Shown here: piece after piece, positions 45,201-60,200 of the stretch
Numbering within the stretch: position 1 is the first letter of the stretch
Layout of the letters: each line of letters begins with the position of its first letter
From: Amoebophrya sp. A120
Taxonomy: Eukaryota; Protista; Dinoflagellata
Assembly (NCBI GenBank): GCA_905178155.1
Contig: CAJINV010000012.1
Coordinates: forward strand, 115,389-179,388
Direction of reading: 5' to 3'
Length of the DNA: 64,000 nucleotides
The notes under the pieces: generated by a model
What the model saw: only the letters and a program-made list of their open reading frames with translations
The model's database searches: none
What the model was told of the DNA's origin: nothing
Made by a program: the position numbers and the translations under genes

Positions 45201-48200
45201 GGCCAGCATCAAATGCAAATACGTCTGGGTCTGGTATTGCTGAACAAGCATGCCCGTCAATTCTGTGATGCATGTTGTGGAATTGCGCCAGTCCTCTGTC
45301 ATGCAAAAACGCCACTTGTCATGCGGGTTACGCACGACATAACCGCTCAGAAGTTTCTCACGCGGGGCTGCGTATTGGAATCCCTTTCTTTGCGATGCAT
45401 GTATTGGCATCACAAGTTTGGTTTCCAGACCCAGATATATTTTCTTTGCATAGCCCGGAGACTGGCGCAATCGTTCCCGCCATCTCCCACCATGCCCACG
45501 GTGTGCTTCTTCGCTTGGAAATGTTGAATCACGGCGACCTTGCCGCTCGGTGTCATCCGAGCGAAAACTTGAATCCGGGGGAGAATTTTTTCCAGCAATT
45601 CCGGGTCTCTCTCTTGCAACAGCCGGTAGGCAGACTCCGTGAGGCAGAAGACAAACTTGTACCTGTTGTAGATGACTTTCTTGTTTCTACTTTGAGGCTT
45701 AGATTTCGTTTGTGTTTGTTCGAAATGATGATCTTCTGGTTCTTCTAGACGTTTTTCACTATACAACTTTTCGGGTCTTGATTTAGCAGCTGCTTTCGGC
45801 CGCGCAAGAACGTCGACAGCATCCTGTTGAAGATGATCCGCGGCTGTTTTTGGAGCGGGATGAAGTGCTCCTCCAGTCGTGTCGCAAGCTAGTTGCTCTT
45901 TCCGTTCCTCCTGGGCCTGGGCCTGCCCCTGGGGCGGGGTCAGGTCGGGCGTGCTGCCCTGTTCCTCTAAATCTTCTACAGTTGCACCCGTCTGTGCCAT
46001 CAAACGTTGACGTTTTCTTTCCGCTTTTTGCAACCTCTATCCTGAGTAAAAACGTACCCACCCCATAGTCAAAATGGGGAATCGGCTAGACAAATCCACA
46101 AGCTTTGGCTGTTTCGCATGACAAATTTCGACGCGTAGTGTAGTGCTGTTTGAGCTAGTTCAGCAGCATTACAGATCTGGTCTCTCATGCTGATTGGAGC
46201 ATGACAAATTTCAAAACACCATTAGAAAATGCTCCTCATGGGGCTCCGCATGAGAAACATTTTAAGCATGCAGATTTGCATGACAACTACGGTGTGGGGA
46301 CGTTTTTACACAGGATAACCTCAGCCGTTTTCGCAACATCTCCAGCTGCGCCTCGTGCCGCTCGTGCGGAAATTGTTGTAGCGTTTCCTTCTGCTCGTCA
46401 GAAAGCAACTGGTACACCTGCGACGGCAAAAGGGGCTGGAGCTCGTCCACGTGTTCCCCCAGGGGCGTGGCAGCCGCAGCTGTGTCCTGCTCTACAACTT
46501 CAACTGCGCCGGCCGTAGCATCTTCCTCATTTCCCTTCTTCTCCTCTTCTTCGGTGCAGCTGACAACGTTTCCACCCAGTAAGCACAGCGTCTCCTCGTC
46601 TTTCTCCCGCTCGGGACTTGGAATCACGCGGCCGTCTCGTGAAAAAGTCGTGACGGAAGATGTTGTCTTCGGTAGTTGAAGTTGTACTTCTGGTGCGGTT
46701 TTCGTACCAGCCTCGCAGAAGGTCGTGGCCACTCCAGTCGCGTCCTCGGTAAGTGCAGCTGAGTTTGTACGTTGCAAAGTTCTTGAACTGTTTATCTTCC
46801 ACCCCGAACAAGTAGAGTTCTTTGGTGAGGGGAGCAATAAATGCGCATTGGATTTCAGTTGCAGGAAGGGCTCGGGAGCTCCTGACAGGAGCTGCGTGGA
46901 CGTTCCGGGACCCGGGTGCCCGTGAGGCAGGTGGTACCCAACCGAGTAGTCGTTGATGTCCCCTTGCAGCGTCGTTAGACCACTTGCGCAATCCGATAAA
47001 TTCACACCGTCAGACACATGTAGCTGGAAGCTAATATGACTCCAGGGTTCAGCTTCAGTTCCCCTGCCCGTCGAGAGCGTTGAGGCCGGACCGTTAGAAG
47101 TACTTGCGACGTGGCTACCACTGAATGACACTCGTGGTGTCGTTCCTCTTGCTCTTGCCGAATGCAGTTGTGATTGAGTACAACAAGAGTTCACGTCCTG
47201 CTTGTTTTGTTCTTCCTGCTGAAGATTGAAAGTCGTGGGTGCTGGAACTCTCAAAGAGTTTGATGCCGTGCTGTGATTCTTCTTTGAAGACTATCAAAGT
47301 GAGAAAAGCCCCCACCCCCTATCGGACACGAAATTTGTGATGCTGTACTTGAGTACACAAATCGACTTGTATTGCTAGAAGGCCAAGAGAGGCAGCTGCG
47401 GCCTGAATTGCAGGCAGTCTGTCATGCTGTTTCCCACTTCCAGTTGCCTCCTGTCATGCTGGAGCTGCAAGCCTTTCCCACACTAGGCAGCACTACAGTC
47501 CGCATCTTTTGCCTTCTGGCATCAGAAAGCTGATTTGTGGCCACAAATCTGCATCACAGATTTCCGTTTTGATATGGGGAGGGGGGATTTTTCCTTTCGA
47601 TAAAGACCCACTTTCTGGTGTTTCTTTGATGTAGTTCCCATTCCGAAGCAAATCCTCGTCTTGTCCGCACGGGGGCTTATCTGCTGCACTCTTATTCCCC
47701 TCTGCAAGATGAACAGCGTCGAGTTTGCAAGCTGATGTTGAGGGACGCCGAGATAATGCTGTTACTCTAGTACTTTTTCTACTTCTGCGATAGAATCCGG
47801 CGTGTGTTTTCATCTCTGTCAGCTCTGCGATCTTTTTCTCCTTTTGTCTTTTCAGAGCTGCGTTTTTCCTGCTCACTTCCGCAACGGCATCTAAGAGAAT
47901 CTCGTCTTCCGTCTTGAAAACAAGCTTGTGTGTTTTGTCGACCTGTTTCTCAGCATTCCCAGTGGCAAAATCAGATGAAAATTCGAACTTTCCGAACAGA
48001 TCCGCCCGCTGCTTGGCCGAAATCGGGGAAATAAAGTGATTTTTCGTCCTCGCGGTCGTGCTTTTTATTTCCGTGGCTGGCGGTGGCGCGCCGCCAGAGT
48101 TGTGGATAGAACTAGAAGTAGAAGTAGCTTGTTCTTTCTTTTGGTGTACTAGTAGTTCTTGTTCCCCGTTAATATCACTGCCCAAGAAACAGCTCTCAAC

Positions 48201-51200
48201 ATCCACCATAGAAGCAGTTGCTCGACCACTTCCTTCTGTCGTGTAGTCTTCCTTGTAGTGTGATAGAATCGCTTGGTAATTTTCCGGAAAGAAGTCAAGG
48301 ACCGGAGGACAAGCGTTCTTGTCTGCTTGGTTTGGTTTTTGCTCAACTGGTACATCATCGTCATTCATCTTCCCAACATCAGAACCATTACCGTCAGAGG
48401 ACGTTGCTCTATCGGAATGATCCGTGCAGGTAATGGTGATGCCCATTTTCCTATCAAAAGGAAAGGTCCCCCCTCCCCATATCGAAATGGAAATCTGTGA
48501 TGCAGGATTTGCGTACACAAAACGGATTTGTCTTGCGGTACAGGACTGCAGACAGATACAAAGCCCGGAAAGGGGTGGCCTGGGGTACTAGGCGCATAGC
48601 ACGGAGGACGTCTGCCCTACTAGCGTAGCAGCGTTACAAGTCGCCCACGAAATGCAGCGGAAGCCCTGGCCTTGCTCTCTTGCAAGACAGACTGGATTTG
48701 TGACCTCAAATCAGCATCACAAAGTTTGAAAAACACACCATTTCGATATGGGGAGGTGGGATTTTTCCTCACAATATTTCCCGACAGGCGCGAGGAGCTG
48801 CTTCCACACAGCGAGGACCGGGTGCTGAAGATCATGTTCTACATCCGCGTCTTGCTGTTGGCACAGTTCGTCATCCACGTACTCCCAACACAAAGTCGGT
48901 AATGCGACCCGTCCGTCACCAATGTTCTTCTCCTTGGAAGATGAGACTACGTCGCCAGCGAGAAAAACAACTTTTTCGACAACATGATTGACACAATTAT
49001 CACCGGCATGTTGTACCATTTCTGCTCTCTCAACAACGTCGTCCTCGCTGTCTGCTTCCGGAACAACCTCAAGATGTAGTTGTCGTGGGGACGTTCCACT
49101 AGGAATAGAAGGTGGCACTACGACAGCGACGTCATCTTGTTCACCTGTGCAAGAATTTCCTTCTTGTGACTCCTCTTCCGCATTTGTTTTATTCCCTAGC
49201 AAGAACGCCGGGCGGGCGGGAAGTTGTGCAGCTTGATTTTTTCGCGAAAGAAGTTGTAGATCACGACGACCGCCCCGGGCTCCTGCTCTTTTCTCAAGCA
49301 AGCAGACCCTTTGCTCGTCGATTTCTGTGTCGGGGCCCTCTGAAGACTCCTGTAGTTCCTCGTCCGTGCCTAAGTCAAACTGAAAAGTAGTTTTATTCCG
49401 AGAAATAAAGTGTTCGTCTTGGTCTCCGCAACGGAGGTCCCGCGAACGGCTACCGTTACCGTAGGAGGTTTTCATCGTTAACATATTACCGCGAAGAGTG
49501 CGGGTTGTGGGCTGATGTAGTCCACCTCTGGACAGCACGGCGCTATTTTGTACCGACATCAAAGTCGAAGGAACAAGCATCTCGTTTTTTACGATATCTT
49601 GCAGCTGCTTCTGCTCATTCTTGTCGTCTTTTTCGCCACTCCGACGAGTTGTCGTGCCGAAACTTGTAGATACATCCGACATTTTTGATGAACCCGCGGA
49701 CGCAGAAGTTCTTGTCTGTTGGCCACCACTTCCACGGGACGAACTACTACACGCCATTAAGCTCTTTCCTCTATAACAGTGCACAACTCCCCTCCGCCTC
49801 ATTTGTGTAGCTGAACGGCAACACAAGCTGCATCAGCAAGAGTGCCGGTTTTGCATGACAAAAAATCTGCACTGGATTATAGTGCTGTTCCTATTTGGGC
49901 TACCAGAACTTGTCATGCAAACAGTGCCACGATGTAAAGGGTGGATTGGGTATTTTGCACGACAAATGAGGGGGAGGGGGAGTTGTGCACTGTCGTATCC
50001 TCGTCCGCCGCCGCACAACCCGACCCGTTGCGCCACGTGCACTGCCGTGAACAGATTGTCCCCCGTGAGAATCACGGGTCGGATGTTTCCCTGCTTCAGA
50101 ATTTGGATCGCGGCACTCGAATCCGGCTTCAATTCATTTCGGAAGTAAATTAAGCCGAGAAACTGGTTGAGCTTCGCCTCTAACTCCGCCCGGCTGGCCT
50201 TGAACAGGTAGTCTTCTAACAGGGTTTTTTCCTGGTCTCTGTACAGTTTGTGAACCTGCTCCCGCAAATCTTCATCATCTTGTTCCGGAAGATCTTTCTC
50301 CAGGTCGCCACAAGCCTCCAAAACGCCCGCCAGGTGTCTTCTTGCCGGCACCGGAAGCAACTCCGTGGTGAGCTCTCGGCAACCGCCTATCAAATGCAAA
50401 AGTGTCTGGGTCTGGAAGATTGGAACTTGTGATGCTACCTTTGGACTCTACATAAAATCTGTATTGCGTGAACAGCAAAAGAGGTGAAATTTGTGCTACG
50501 CGGAGAGGGCATGCCTCATGCGGTATGAGCATCAGAAAGCCCTCGCAAAATCTCTGATGCTAGGGCATGCATCACAGACCTCATGGGTCATGCAAAATCT
50601 GCATGACAAACTCCTGCATTCTCCCAGACCCAGACGCTTTTGCAATCCATACCGACCGCCAGGACGTAAAAGCCTTCCAACGCGAGTATGACCTGCTCAA
50701 GCATTACAGTCTCAAACGTTGCAGTAGAATTTAAAGATCTGTGATGCAAGAAGTGCATGATCTAGCGAAATCTCATAGGATTGCGCATGACAAGCGCCGG
50801 AGTCTCAAACCGCACTACAATCTGCCGAAATTTGTATTGCAAAAGGTGGAACGCTGTGCGAGTTTGTCATGCTCATCATGCAACACAAGTTCCGGATTCT
50901 GAGATTGTAACGCTTGAGCAGGTCATAGCGAGGTGCTTGGTCTTCTGAAACGCATCCGCGGGAAAAATCATGCCATGGGGCGTGGCAGAAGATAAAATGG
51001 AGCCTTGTACTTCCTGGTACCCCTTTTCCTGTTCTGGCGACGTAGAAGTGGTTAATGACGTCGTGGTGCTCGTGCTGCTCGTCTTCGAGTGATGTTGGAG
51101 CTCTTCACCGGTCTTTTCTACTTCGTGCCTAGTAGACAAAACGCCGACCCTTTCAACATCTTCTACTTCTTGGTCGTCCCCCTCACAGTTCATCTTGTTA

Positions 51201-54200
51201 CCTCCAGAAGCTCTTTTCAATGCGGCCGCCCGGGCCTGTTCGTCGCATTTTTTGTGGATGGCTTCAAAGGACCCCTTAGAGAAGAGGTAATACTTGGACG
51301 ATACTGAACTATTTTTGTGCAGCTTGTTCATCTTCCCAACAGTTTCATTTTTGAGTAGATCCGATGAAGAACAAGAAGATGCTCCTGCTGGAGGTGCCTC
51401 CACGACTACCTCAACAATCACCGACTGCAACTGCAATTTTTGGTCAAACTCGAATTGCCGGATGGTGCGGAATCTAGTTACAGCACTGGTTTTATTTGCA
51501 GCTTCTTCAGCACCAATCGATGTTTCATCTCCGAACTGACTGGTGCGCCCGTTCTTTTGAGCGGTCGTGGAACCAGACGACTTATTTTTTGCTGCTGTTT
51601 TTGCTTGCGGCAGTTTACCTTTACGGGAAGATGTTGAGCGAGACGAGGCAGTAGAACGTGTGGTCCTCGCACCATGGCGACGACCAGCCGAAGTAGAGGA
51701 ACGGCACTTATTCTGTGGTGGAGCTGCCTTATTTCGTACTAAATCTGATTGATCTTGTCCTGTCGAGAAGAAATATTCTACGACATTCTGGCTACACACC
51801 GTGGTCTCGGGCTCGCGGATCACTATGTCGTTGGGGTCCCGCCACGGCCTTCGTGCGAAGGTATTGTCTTCTCGCATCCTCTTCCACGAACGGCAATGTC
51901 TGCTCCTGCTCTTGTTTTTCCAAGATGAACAACCTACAGCAGGGCTGTTCTTTTTAGAACTGGAGGACAGTTGACGGCCGTTTGCTAGTGTAGCAACTCC
52001 GCCTGCTGGTGCAGATTCCGGGGAATGAGATCGTCCGGCGTCTGCGTCACCCTCATCATCTTCGTGTAAATTAGCTAGCGGGGGAGAAGTTAACGGGCCC
52101 GTTCTTGTAGTTCCTCGTCGAGGAATATTAGTGTTGCCGTGTCTGGGCGTATCAACGTGCCCTTTCGTCATTCTCATTTTGTCAGGCATGGCGGACGGTT
52201 TGATATTTCCACCAAATAAAGACAACGTAAGTGGTCGTGGCGGCAGTAGCTTTGCGGGTCGTTGGTTTTCGCCTTGCTCCTGGTTGTCGAGACTGTTTTT
52301 TGTACTCGTTCCTCCTGGCAGCTTATTCCCTACTGTCTCCTCCGCGTCCACCTCGCCTGCAGGTCCGCCGTCAGAGGAGTAAGATTTCAGCCGGAGCTTC
52401 GGCCGCGGCTTCGGTGGTAAGTTAGTAGAAAAATTTTTGTCCTCGCGACGAGCCGAAACTGCGCTCGGCGTGTCGAGGGTGTTATAGGCCGCCACAACGT
52501 CGTCTACCGCTTGATCTACCACGCCTTCTTCGTTCGGTTCTTTCGAGAGTATACTACCAACGACGTTTTCCTCACCAATCAACGGCAGGAGCTCCGTTTC
52601 CTGCTCTATTCTTGGAATCGTCGGGGATGTCTCGTCACCCGGCGGCGTTTGAATTTGATGCTCGTTATGCATTGCAAATGCCTCAAGATGAGCCTCGTTC
52701 TTCTTGGAAGCATTATCCTGATCAAGATCATGAACATGATCATCTCCGGCTGGTACTTCTCTCGTAGCAGCCTCTCCTAGAGCATTGTGCTTTTCTCCTG
52801 TCGAAGTTGACTCTTGCGCTGGCCGCGAATGGCCTGGGCGGGGGCCAGTGGTTGTAGACGGTTCCAGGTCTATTTCTGAACTCGGCGCGCGGCGGGGGCC
52901 CTTTGATGTGTATTTATTTTTCATTTCAAATTTTTCATTTTTGTGCAAATTGGAGTTTGTGCTTTTATAGAACTCCGCTCAACAAACAACCCCAGAAGTA
53001 GTGTCGTGTGTTTCGTAAATGATTTCCAACAACAACCTCCGCGCTTTAATAAATTTCTACCTGCTGCTTCTCCAGATCAGTCTCTGCAGTTTCCTGCCTC
53101 CGTTTGCTGTCAGTTTCGATTTCTTTTCTGCCACCTGGTAAGCTTGTAGTTCGAGTTCCAGCAGGAGCTTCAACAGGAACTTTTCTCGGCAGATGATGAA
53201 CATCGTCAAACGAGTACGATTCGAGTCGGTGCTTGGACATGCGGGGAGAAAATGTAAATGGTTGCGGATGGGAATCGACGGATGACGGATGCGGATAGGA
53301 ATCGACGGGTGCAGCGGGGAGATGCTGGATGCGAAAAGAGTCCCGATCTTCTAAACTTGGCGTCCGATTGCTCGCTCGGGACCACGGGGTCCAGTCGGAT
53401 GGTGCTCCGCCAGGGTATGCATTCCAAAAGTATCGTACTAGTACAAACTGCATCACAAATTTTTTCAAGATCTCGCCCAACAAAAGTCGGACCATTATTC
53501 AAGTAATGCCCCCAAAAACCATGCATGCATCCCCCCCCTCCCCCCCATTACTCAGTGCAGGGAAAAGGTGGCCCGCGCCTCTGTTCCCTCCACGGTATGG
53601 TGGTGGTTTGGATATTTCTTTCTGTATTCGTCGCGGCCCTTCGCGAAGCGGTTCCGCGGCGGTACGCCTCTCACAAATAGTATACCTGATCGCGGCCAAA
53701 ACCCCAGAGCAATGGCCCTCATCGCAGCGAGAAAAAACAAAGAAAGAAACTCGCGCGCGTCGTGCACTTCTTAAAAAAGAAGGCCGCGCCTTCCTCAGCC
53801 ACACAAAATTTTTGGCTTGGCGCGGCGCTGCGCGCCGCGCATTTGTTTTGTTTTTCTTCACCCGACAGGTTATACGGGCGTGCAGAATTTTCGTGAGAGA
53901 GGAAAAAAGCGACGGCGGGGCGTGCTCGCCGTCTCACTTCAGCCAGAATTTGTCTTGTTGTTCAATTTGCAACTTGTCACGCACTTGCTATTGAAATGGC
54001 TATTAGTGCTTCAACTTTCCACCAGGGTGCTGAAGTACCCATCTCAATAGCCGCTGCGTGACACGTTGCAAACTGAAGCTGGGCAACAACGCAAATTGTT
54101 GAAGTGCCCACTTCAACAATTTGCACAACACGAATTGCTGAAGTGGCTACTTCAACAATTTGCACAACGCAAATTGTTGATCGTGCAGCTTTCAACAAAA

Positions 54201-57200
54201 CTGTCACGCAGTTTTCACGTCTGAGCGAAAACTGTATGACAAATCTCCATGTTGGAAATTTGTCATGTAAAACGCATCAAATTGCATGACAAATTTCCAC
54301 GTTGGAGAATTTGTCATGCAAAACGCATCAAATTGCTGAGCCTGAATTTGAAATGGCTATCTCCCTCATTGCAGGACAGTTGAAGTGGAAACTTCAGCTT
54401 TCCCTCATCGAAGGAAAGTTGAAGTGGCTATCTCAACGCTCCTCCATGCAGGAAAGTTGAAGGAGCCGCTTCAGCAACCTTCGCACCTCTTTCGTCCTTC
54501 ATTTCTACATGACAAATTTCCAAACTTGGAAACTTGGCATCCATAAATGAAGGACCACAGAATGAAAGCCAAAGTTGTTGAAGTGGCCACTTCGGCTTTT
54601 CCTCCATCGGAGATCGGAAAGTTTAAGTGGCCGCTTCGTCAACAGTTTGTTTGCCCCTCATTTCTGCATCGCACATTGCCAATCATGGTGGCAATTTGTA
54701 TAAGCTGAAACGAAGGACAAAGGAAAGCGCTTCCTTTGTCCTTCGAAAGTTCCGGCTCCCGCTCGTGGGAGAACGAAAAAGCTGTGATCTGAGTAAAGAT
54801 TTTACTCAGGTCCGGCGGCCTAAGTAAAACTTTTACTCAGGTCCGATGGCCTGAGTAAAATCTTCACTCAGGAGGAGCAGGGCCATGCCTAAAAAATTGC
54901 TCGCGAGCGGTCGGGATGAGAAAAACCCGCTTGAAAATGAAAAAAACATTTGGAATTTCTAAGCGGCTTTCTGTTCAGAAACTTGCTCGCGAAAGATTCT
55001 TCTCGACGCAGTCCATGGAGAAAAGCCCGGCCGGATATTCAAAGAGTATATTTGAATTTCCCAGGCGGTTTTTCTTCACCCGCAGGTCCGGTGGCCTGAG
55101 TAAAGCTTTTATTCCGGTCGCGTTTCCATTGTCCTTCGTTTCTGCATTCGTAATGCAGGAACGTAGGAGAAAACAGGGGCCACGTCAACTTTCCTCAGAT
55201 GGAAGAAAGTTGAAATGGCCACTGGCTGCAGCTGCTTCGTGCTTCTTTTGCTCCTCATTTCTGCACCACAAGCGTCCAACTTTGGAAAATTGCAACGCAG
55301 AAGTGAAGGAGCACTAGGACAACAGAGAGGCAAAATAGTTGAAGCGATCAACTCAGCGACGCGGTGGATCGGCGACCGGTGCGTGATGGAGGAGAACGAA
55401 GACGATAGGACGGCTCGGCGCAGGTTGTCACCGGTTTGAGTAATGCCCAAAAACCATGGACGCATCCCCCCCCTCCCCCCCCATTACTTGAATAATGGTC
55501 CGACTTTTGTTGGACAAGATCCAAGAAGAAAAATGGAATTTGTAATGCTGATTTACCTAAAAGGGGATATTTGTCATGCATGATCGCAATTGCTACGAGT
55601 GCGATCATACTTTTGCACAGGATACAGGGGCATTCTTGCCCGAATTATGCAGACGGCCAGCAGGCGGCGGGACCGGGAGCTGGAGTAATCCTGGCATAGA
55701 GTCGACGCGTACAGTGCCCGTCATCTTCGGCAGAAGTTGTCCGCTTGACGTTGATACCCGCCTCAGGCTTGCATTCATCTCCTATCAGAAGGAAAAACTC
55801 CACCTCCCCATATTGAAAAGGTATGCTTCCGAAAGTTTGCGTTGCTGATTTGAGGTCACAGATCCTATCTGTCTTGCACGAAGACAAGGGCAGAGGCTTC
55901 CGCCCCATTATGCAAGCGATTTGTCATGCTGTTGGACCTACAGAGGAGCTGTTTGCCATGCGGAACAACTAGACACATACGGCCCTACCTAGCCTGGGGA
56001 TCTGGCTGCAATGCCTCTCTGCAATACACAGCTGATTTGTGTACACACGTTCAGCATCAGAAGTTCCGCTTTGATATGGGGAGGGGGGATTTTTCATTTT
56101 GATATCTCCTCGTCCGCGAGCTCACCGCCGGCAATAAAGTTGCGGCAAGATGATGAACCTTGCTGGTTTTCAATATTATTTCCCGTAGTTCTAGTTGTAT
56201 TCCTTTCCCCGCGCAACACGGGGGACGTGGCGAAACTTTCGAGCTGCCAGTCGAGTAGCACCGGATTGCTTATCCTGTGCAAAAGTATCGCACTCGTACT
56301 AATCGCAGTCATGCAAGACAAGTTTCTTTTTCAAGCTAAATCAGCATAAGAAATTCCATTTGTCATGCTGAGCTAATTTGTATTGATAGTCATATCTACA
56401 AGATCTTTGCAAGACTTGCGAAAAATTCAAAATGCTCAAGAGTTCAAGAGTTCAGTGCATCTTTTGAGTTCGGTTCACCCTTTGAGCTCAGTTCACCATT
56501 TGAGTTCAGTTCACAACTTGAGTTCAATTCACTATTTAAATTCAGATATCTCCAAGTCATAATCTCATATTCAAAAGATTCGAATCTCAATTCTCAATCT
56601 CAAATCATAATCGAGTCATCTTCTCAAAAATCGCAACTTCTTATCTCATGTTGGAATCATCAACGTCTTATCCTATCTTAAAAATAAAATTATAATCTTC
56701 TCAAAGTCATAGTCTCAATCTTCATAATTGAATCGACAAGCCTTCATCAAGATGTGAGTCTTCATCTCAAAAGTCATAAATTTAGATCTTGAAGCTTTAA
56801 TCTTATATCTAAAAACTATTCATATTACAGATCGGGGCGCAGTATCATCATATCGCAAGGGCGGGGGGGGCGCGGGGGGGGGCGAGGGCCCCCCGCATGT
56901 AAGTCTTCATCTCAAGAATAAAAATCACTCATACAGATTGAGGCGCAATATCATCACATCGAAAGGGCGGGGGGGGGCGGGGGGGGGCGAGGGCCCCCCG
57001 CATGTAAGTCTTCATCTCAAAAATAAAAATCATTCATACAGATTGAGGCGCAATATCATCACATCGAAAGGGCGGGGGGGGGCGCGGGGGGGGGCGAGGG
57101 CCCCCCGCATGTAAGTCTTCATCTCAAAAATAAATATCATTCATACAGATTGAGGCGCAATATCATCACATCGAAAGGGCGGGGGGGGGCGCGCCAAGAT

Positions 57201-60200
57201 ATCTGCAAAGTTATCCAAGATATCTGCAAACCAACAAGACTGCGCAGGGAAGGAAGCAAACGCGGGAGCAGGCTGAGGCCCATCAGGCTATAACAAACCA
57301 TGGCGAACATCTTCGATCGACCGGAAATACGGCGGCAGCTACTCCGGTAAAAAGCCGCTCACAGTCTTCTTTCGTTTATATATAGAAAGTAAACTCCCCA
57401 AAGGAAGTTTGAATAGAGCGCGTATACATTATGATTATATCACAAAGAGACCTGTCGGCAGGACTTCTAAAAAAAAAACAACCGGACACGTCGACCCTAA
57501 GTCTGCCAAGATCTATGACCAGTGCAGTGATGACGTCGGAAGCAGTGCGACATCTGGCCGCACCGCAGAAAATGCTGCGTCGATGGCGTCCGTATAGTCT
57601 TCCGAGATGCCCACGACTTCGCCCAGAAAAAATTTCGCCCGATGCCACGAAATCAGCCACCAGTCCCCAGTCGCCAGGCGAACACGATGGCGCTCGCTTT
57701 CCTTCTGGCGCTTCGGCTCCTGCGAGGTGAAAAACCACGACACAATGTGGCCACTGGCGGCCTTCGAATCCCCGGCCCAAATGTACTCCGCCGCAACCCC
57801 CCTAGCGTTCGGCTCCCTGTGCTCCTTCTGCGCACCCGTGCGCCGGTGGTAAATGACATCCCGGCGAATTGACGCAAATCGGCCGCGCTCGCCCGAACCA
57901 TGCTCCTCCTTCGACATTGTGTGCGTGGCGGCTAAGTATCTCAATGTCTTCAAGAAACTAGAAAGTAAAAGCGTAGCAGGAAAAAAAGACAGCTTGCTGG
58001 AGGAAAAAAATAAAAGCGCTGGCGGCGATCATAGATCTAAGCTAATGCATGAAGATGACAATAGAGGCGCACTGAAAGCCAACGCTCTGAGTGATGTCTG
58101 CATGGGTGAGACGGAAATAGGTGGTCGCTGTTTGGAAATAGGATGCGCATGGCCGAGGGCATGCGATATATAAGACAAGACTTTTATCATGAGCGGCCTA
58201 CGCGCCTACCGCGGCTGTTTTCCGCTCTCCGGCAATCTATGGTCTAAAACGATCCACGGCTCGACGATTCAAGTGCGGGCCACTAGCGCAGCCAATTTAA
58301 GAACGTAATCAAGTCAATACTCGAAGCCTACGGCGGAGATCCAGGCGCCTGCTAAGTACCTAGAGCGATCGGGCATGGGGCTAAGGCGTTCGACTTCTAT
58401 CTTCTTTCAAAAGAGGGCTCGGCCCGATGCAAGTATGCGCCATCCCCCTAGCGGGTGCAGGTGGCGGCGCGCATGCATGTTCACGCGGAATCTGCCCGAG
58501 GTGTGTCCCCTGCCAGGCATGATTTACCGCCCCGCGCGTCGTGCGCTCGGGTCGCGGTGTCAATTGCTTCCAGATCAGATGCTTTTTGCAGTTTCTGCCA
58601 AGTTACGTCGCGCTGCCCCGTGCGCTGCTTCCCCGCCCCGGACTGTGCACTCTGTGAAAATTGCTCTTTCTAGCGCAAGTTTGCGATGTCAAACCGAGCG
58701 GGCGAAGCTATTCGAGTCTCGTTGCAATACTACGAGTACAATACTTTTGCAATGCATATTGCTCTGCTGGGACCAACGTTGCTGAGTTCCTGTTCCCTCC
58801 GTCGGTGTTGGATCGACGTCGGCGCTGGTCGTCCTCTGCCAGGTTCGTGTATCAAAAGGAACAATCCCCCCCCCCCCCATATCAAAGCGAAAATCTGTGA
58901 TGCAGATTTGTGGTCACAAATCAGCTCTGTCTTGCAGTAGAGGACTGCAGGCCCACATCCAGCCTGAGTGGGAGAGATTTTGGCCTAGGCGCTCAACATG
59001 ACAAAAGTCAATGCTGTAGGCCCAACAGCATCACAAACCGCCGGCATAATGCGGGGGGCCTTCTGGATTTGCCTTCTTGCAAGACAGACGCGATTTGTGG
59101 CCATAAATCAGCATCACAAATTGAAATTTCCGAAAATATACATTTTCGGTATGGGGAGGGGAAATTTTTCCTTTTGATATCGCGGTCCCGCTGTTCCTGA
59201 TCCTGACACCGCGTTGATGTTTATTTCCTGCGTGCAGGAGTTGTTGTAAAAATCATCGCCACTACTTTTGCGGCCGAAGAAGTACTTGGTGTATATCCTG
59301 TGCAAAAGTATCGCACTGCAATCATGCATTACAAATCTTTATCTTAAGGCAAATCCGCATTACAAATTTTATCTCGCATGCTGGAGAAATAATTTGTAAT
59401 GCATTTATACGAGTGCGATACTTTTGCAGTTCATAGTGTAGTTATTTTTACAACTACCTCCACTACAACCATCCTCAGTAGCGAATCTCCGCCGGCCAAA
59501 ACCAGCACCGGCCAAAGCACTGCTTCTGGCCCTTCTTGTGGTGTCGATTATGCATTGCAAAAGTATCGTATTCGAACTCGTATCAATGCATTACAAATTT
59601 CCTCAGCATGAGAAATTGAATTTGTAATGCGGATTTACCTTGAGAAGAAAATTTGTAATGCATGATTACAGTACGAGTACGATACTTTTGCACACAATAT
59701 CGATAGAGAGATTGCGAAACTTTTTGCTCGGCACCGGCCCGTAGTGCGGGTCTGTGGGAAAGAAGCGGTCAACGTATGGAAGCGTCAGGTTTGAAATCGC
59801 CAAAGTTGAAATAATTTGTGATGCATAAAATGCATAGCGCGAAATACGTGTGTTGCAGAGCAGGCAAGGGAGGCCGATTGCAAGCCTGTTTGGGGTTAGA
59901 GCTCGAGCTGCTAAAGTAGCATGAGAAAATCAGTCACATTTGCCTAAACAGCATGACAAACTGGATTTAGGCATCGCCTAAATTTGTCATGCGCCACTTA
60001 GAAACTGGGTTCCAACTGGCATTCATTTTATGCATCGCAAACTATTTCAACTTTGACGATTTCAATCCTGACAGTTCCATACAACGGGTTGTTGCTGAGT
60101 TCCTGTTCCTTTCGTCGGCCTTGGATCGACGTCGCTTTTCGTCTGCCAGGTTCGTGGTCCCGCTGTTCGTGACACCGCGTTGATGTTTATTTCCTGTCTG

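Larger units (their letters stand above)
56271..58758. mobile_element. Introner family A hosting a 2.3-kb insertion
   Basis: A-type ends; TSD TTGCT. Confidence 0.85.

Noticed and set aside
54916-55465. ORFs in the 2-kb TIR element as a transposase
   Set aside because: Short, with no DDE or other recognisable motif
55705-55730. KMTGT as the P-type phosphorylation motif
   Set aside because: Lacks the catalytic Asp and lies downstream of N-domain motifs; DKTGT should be beyond position 64000
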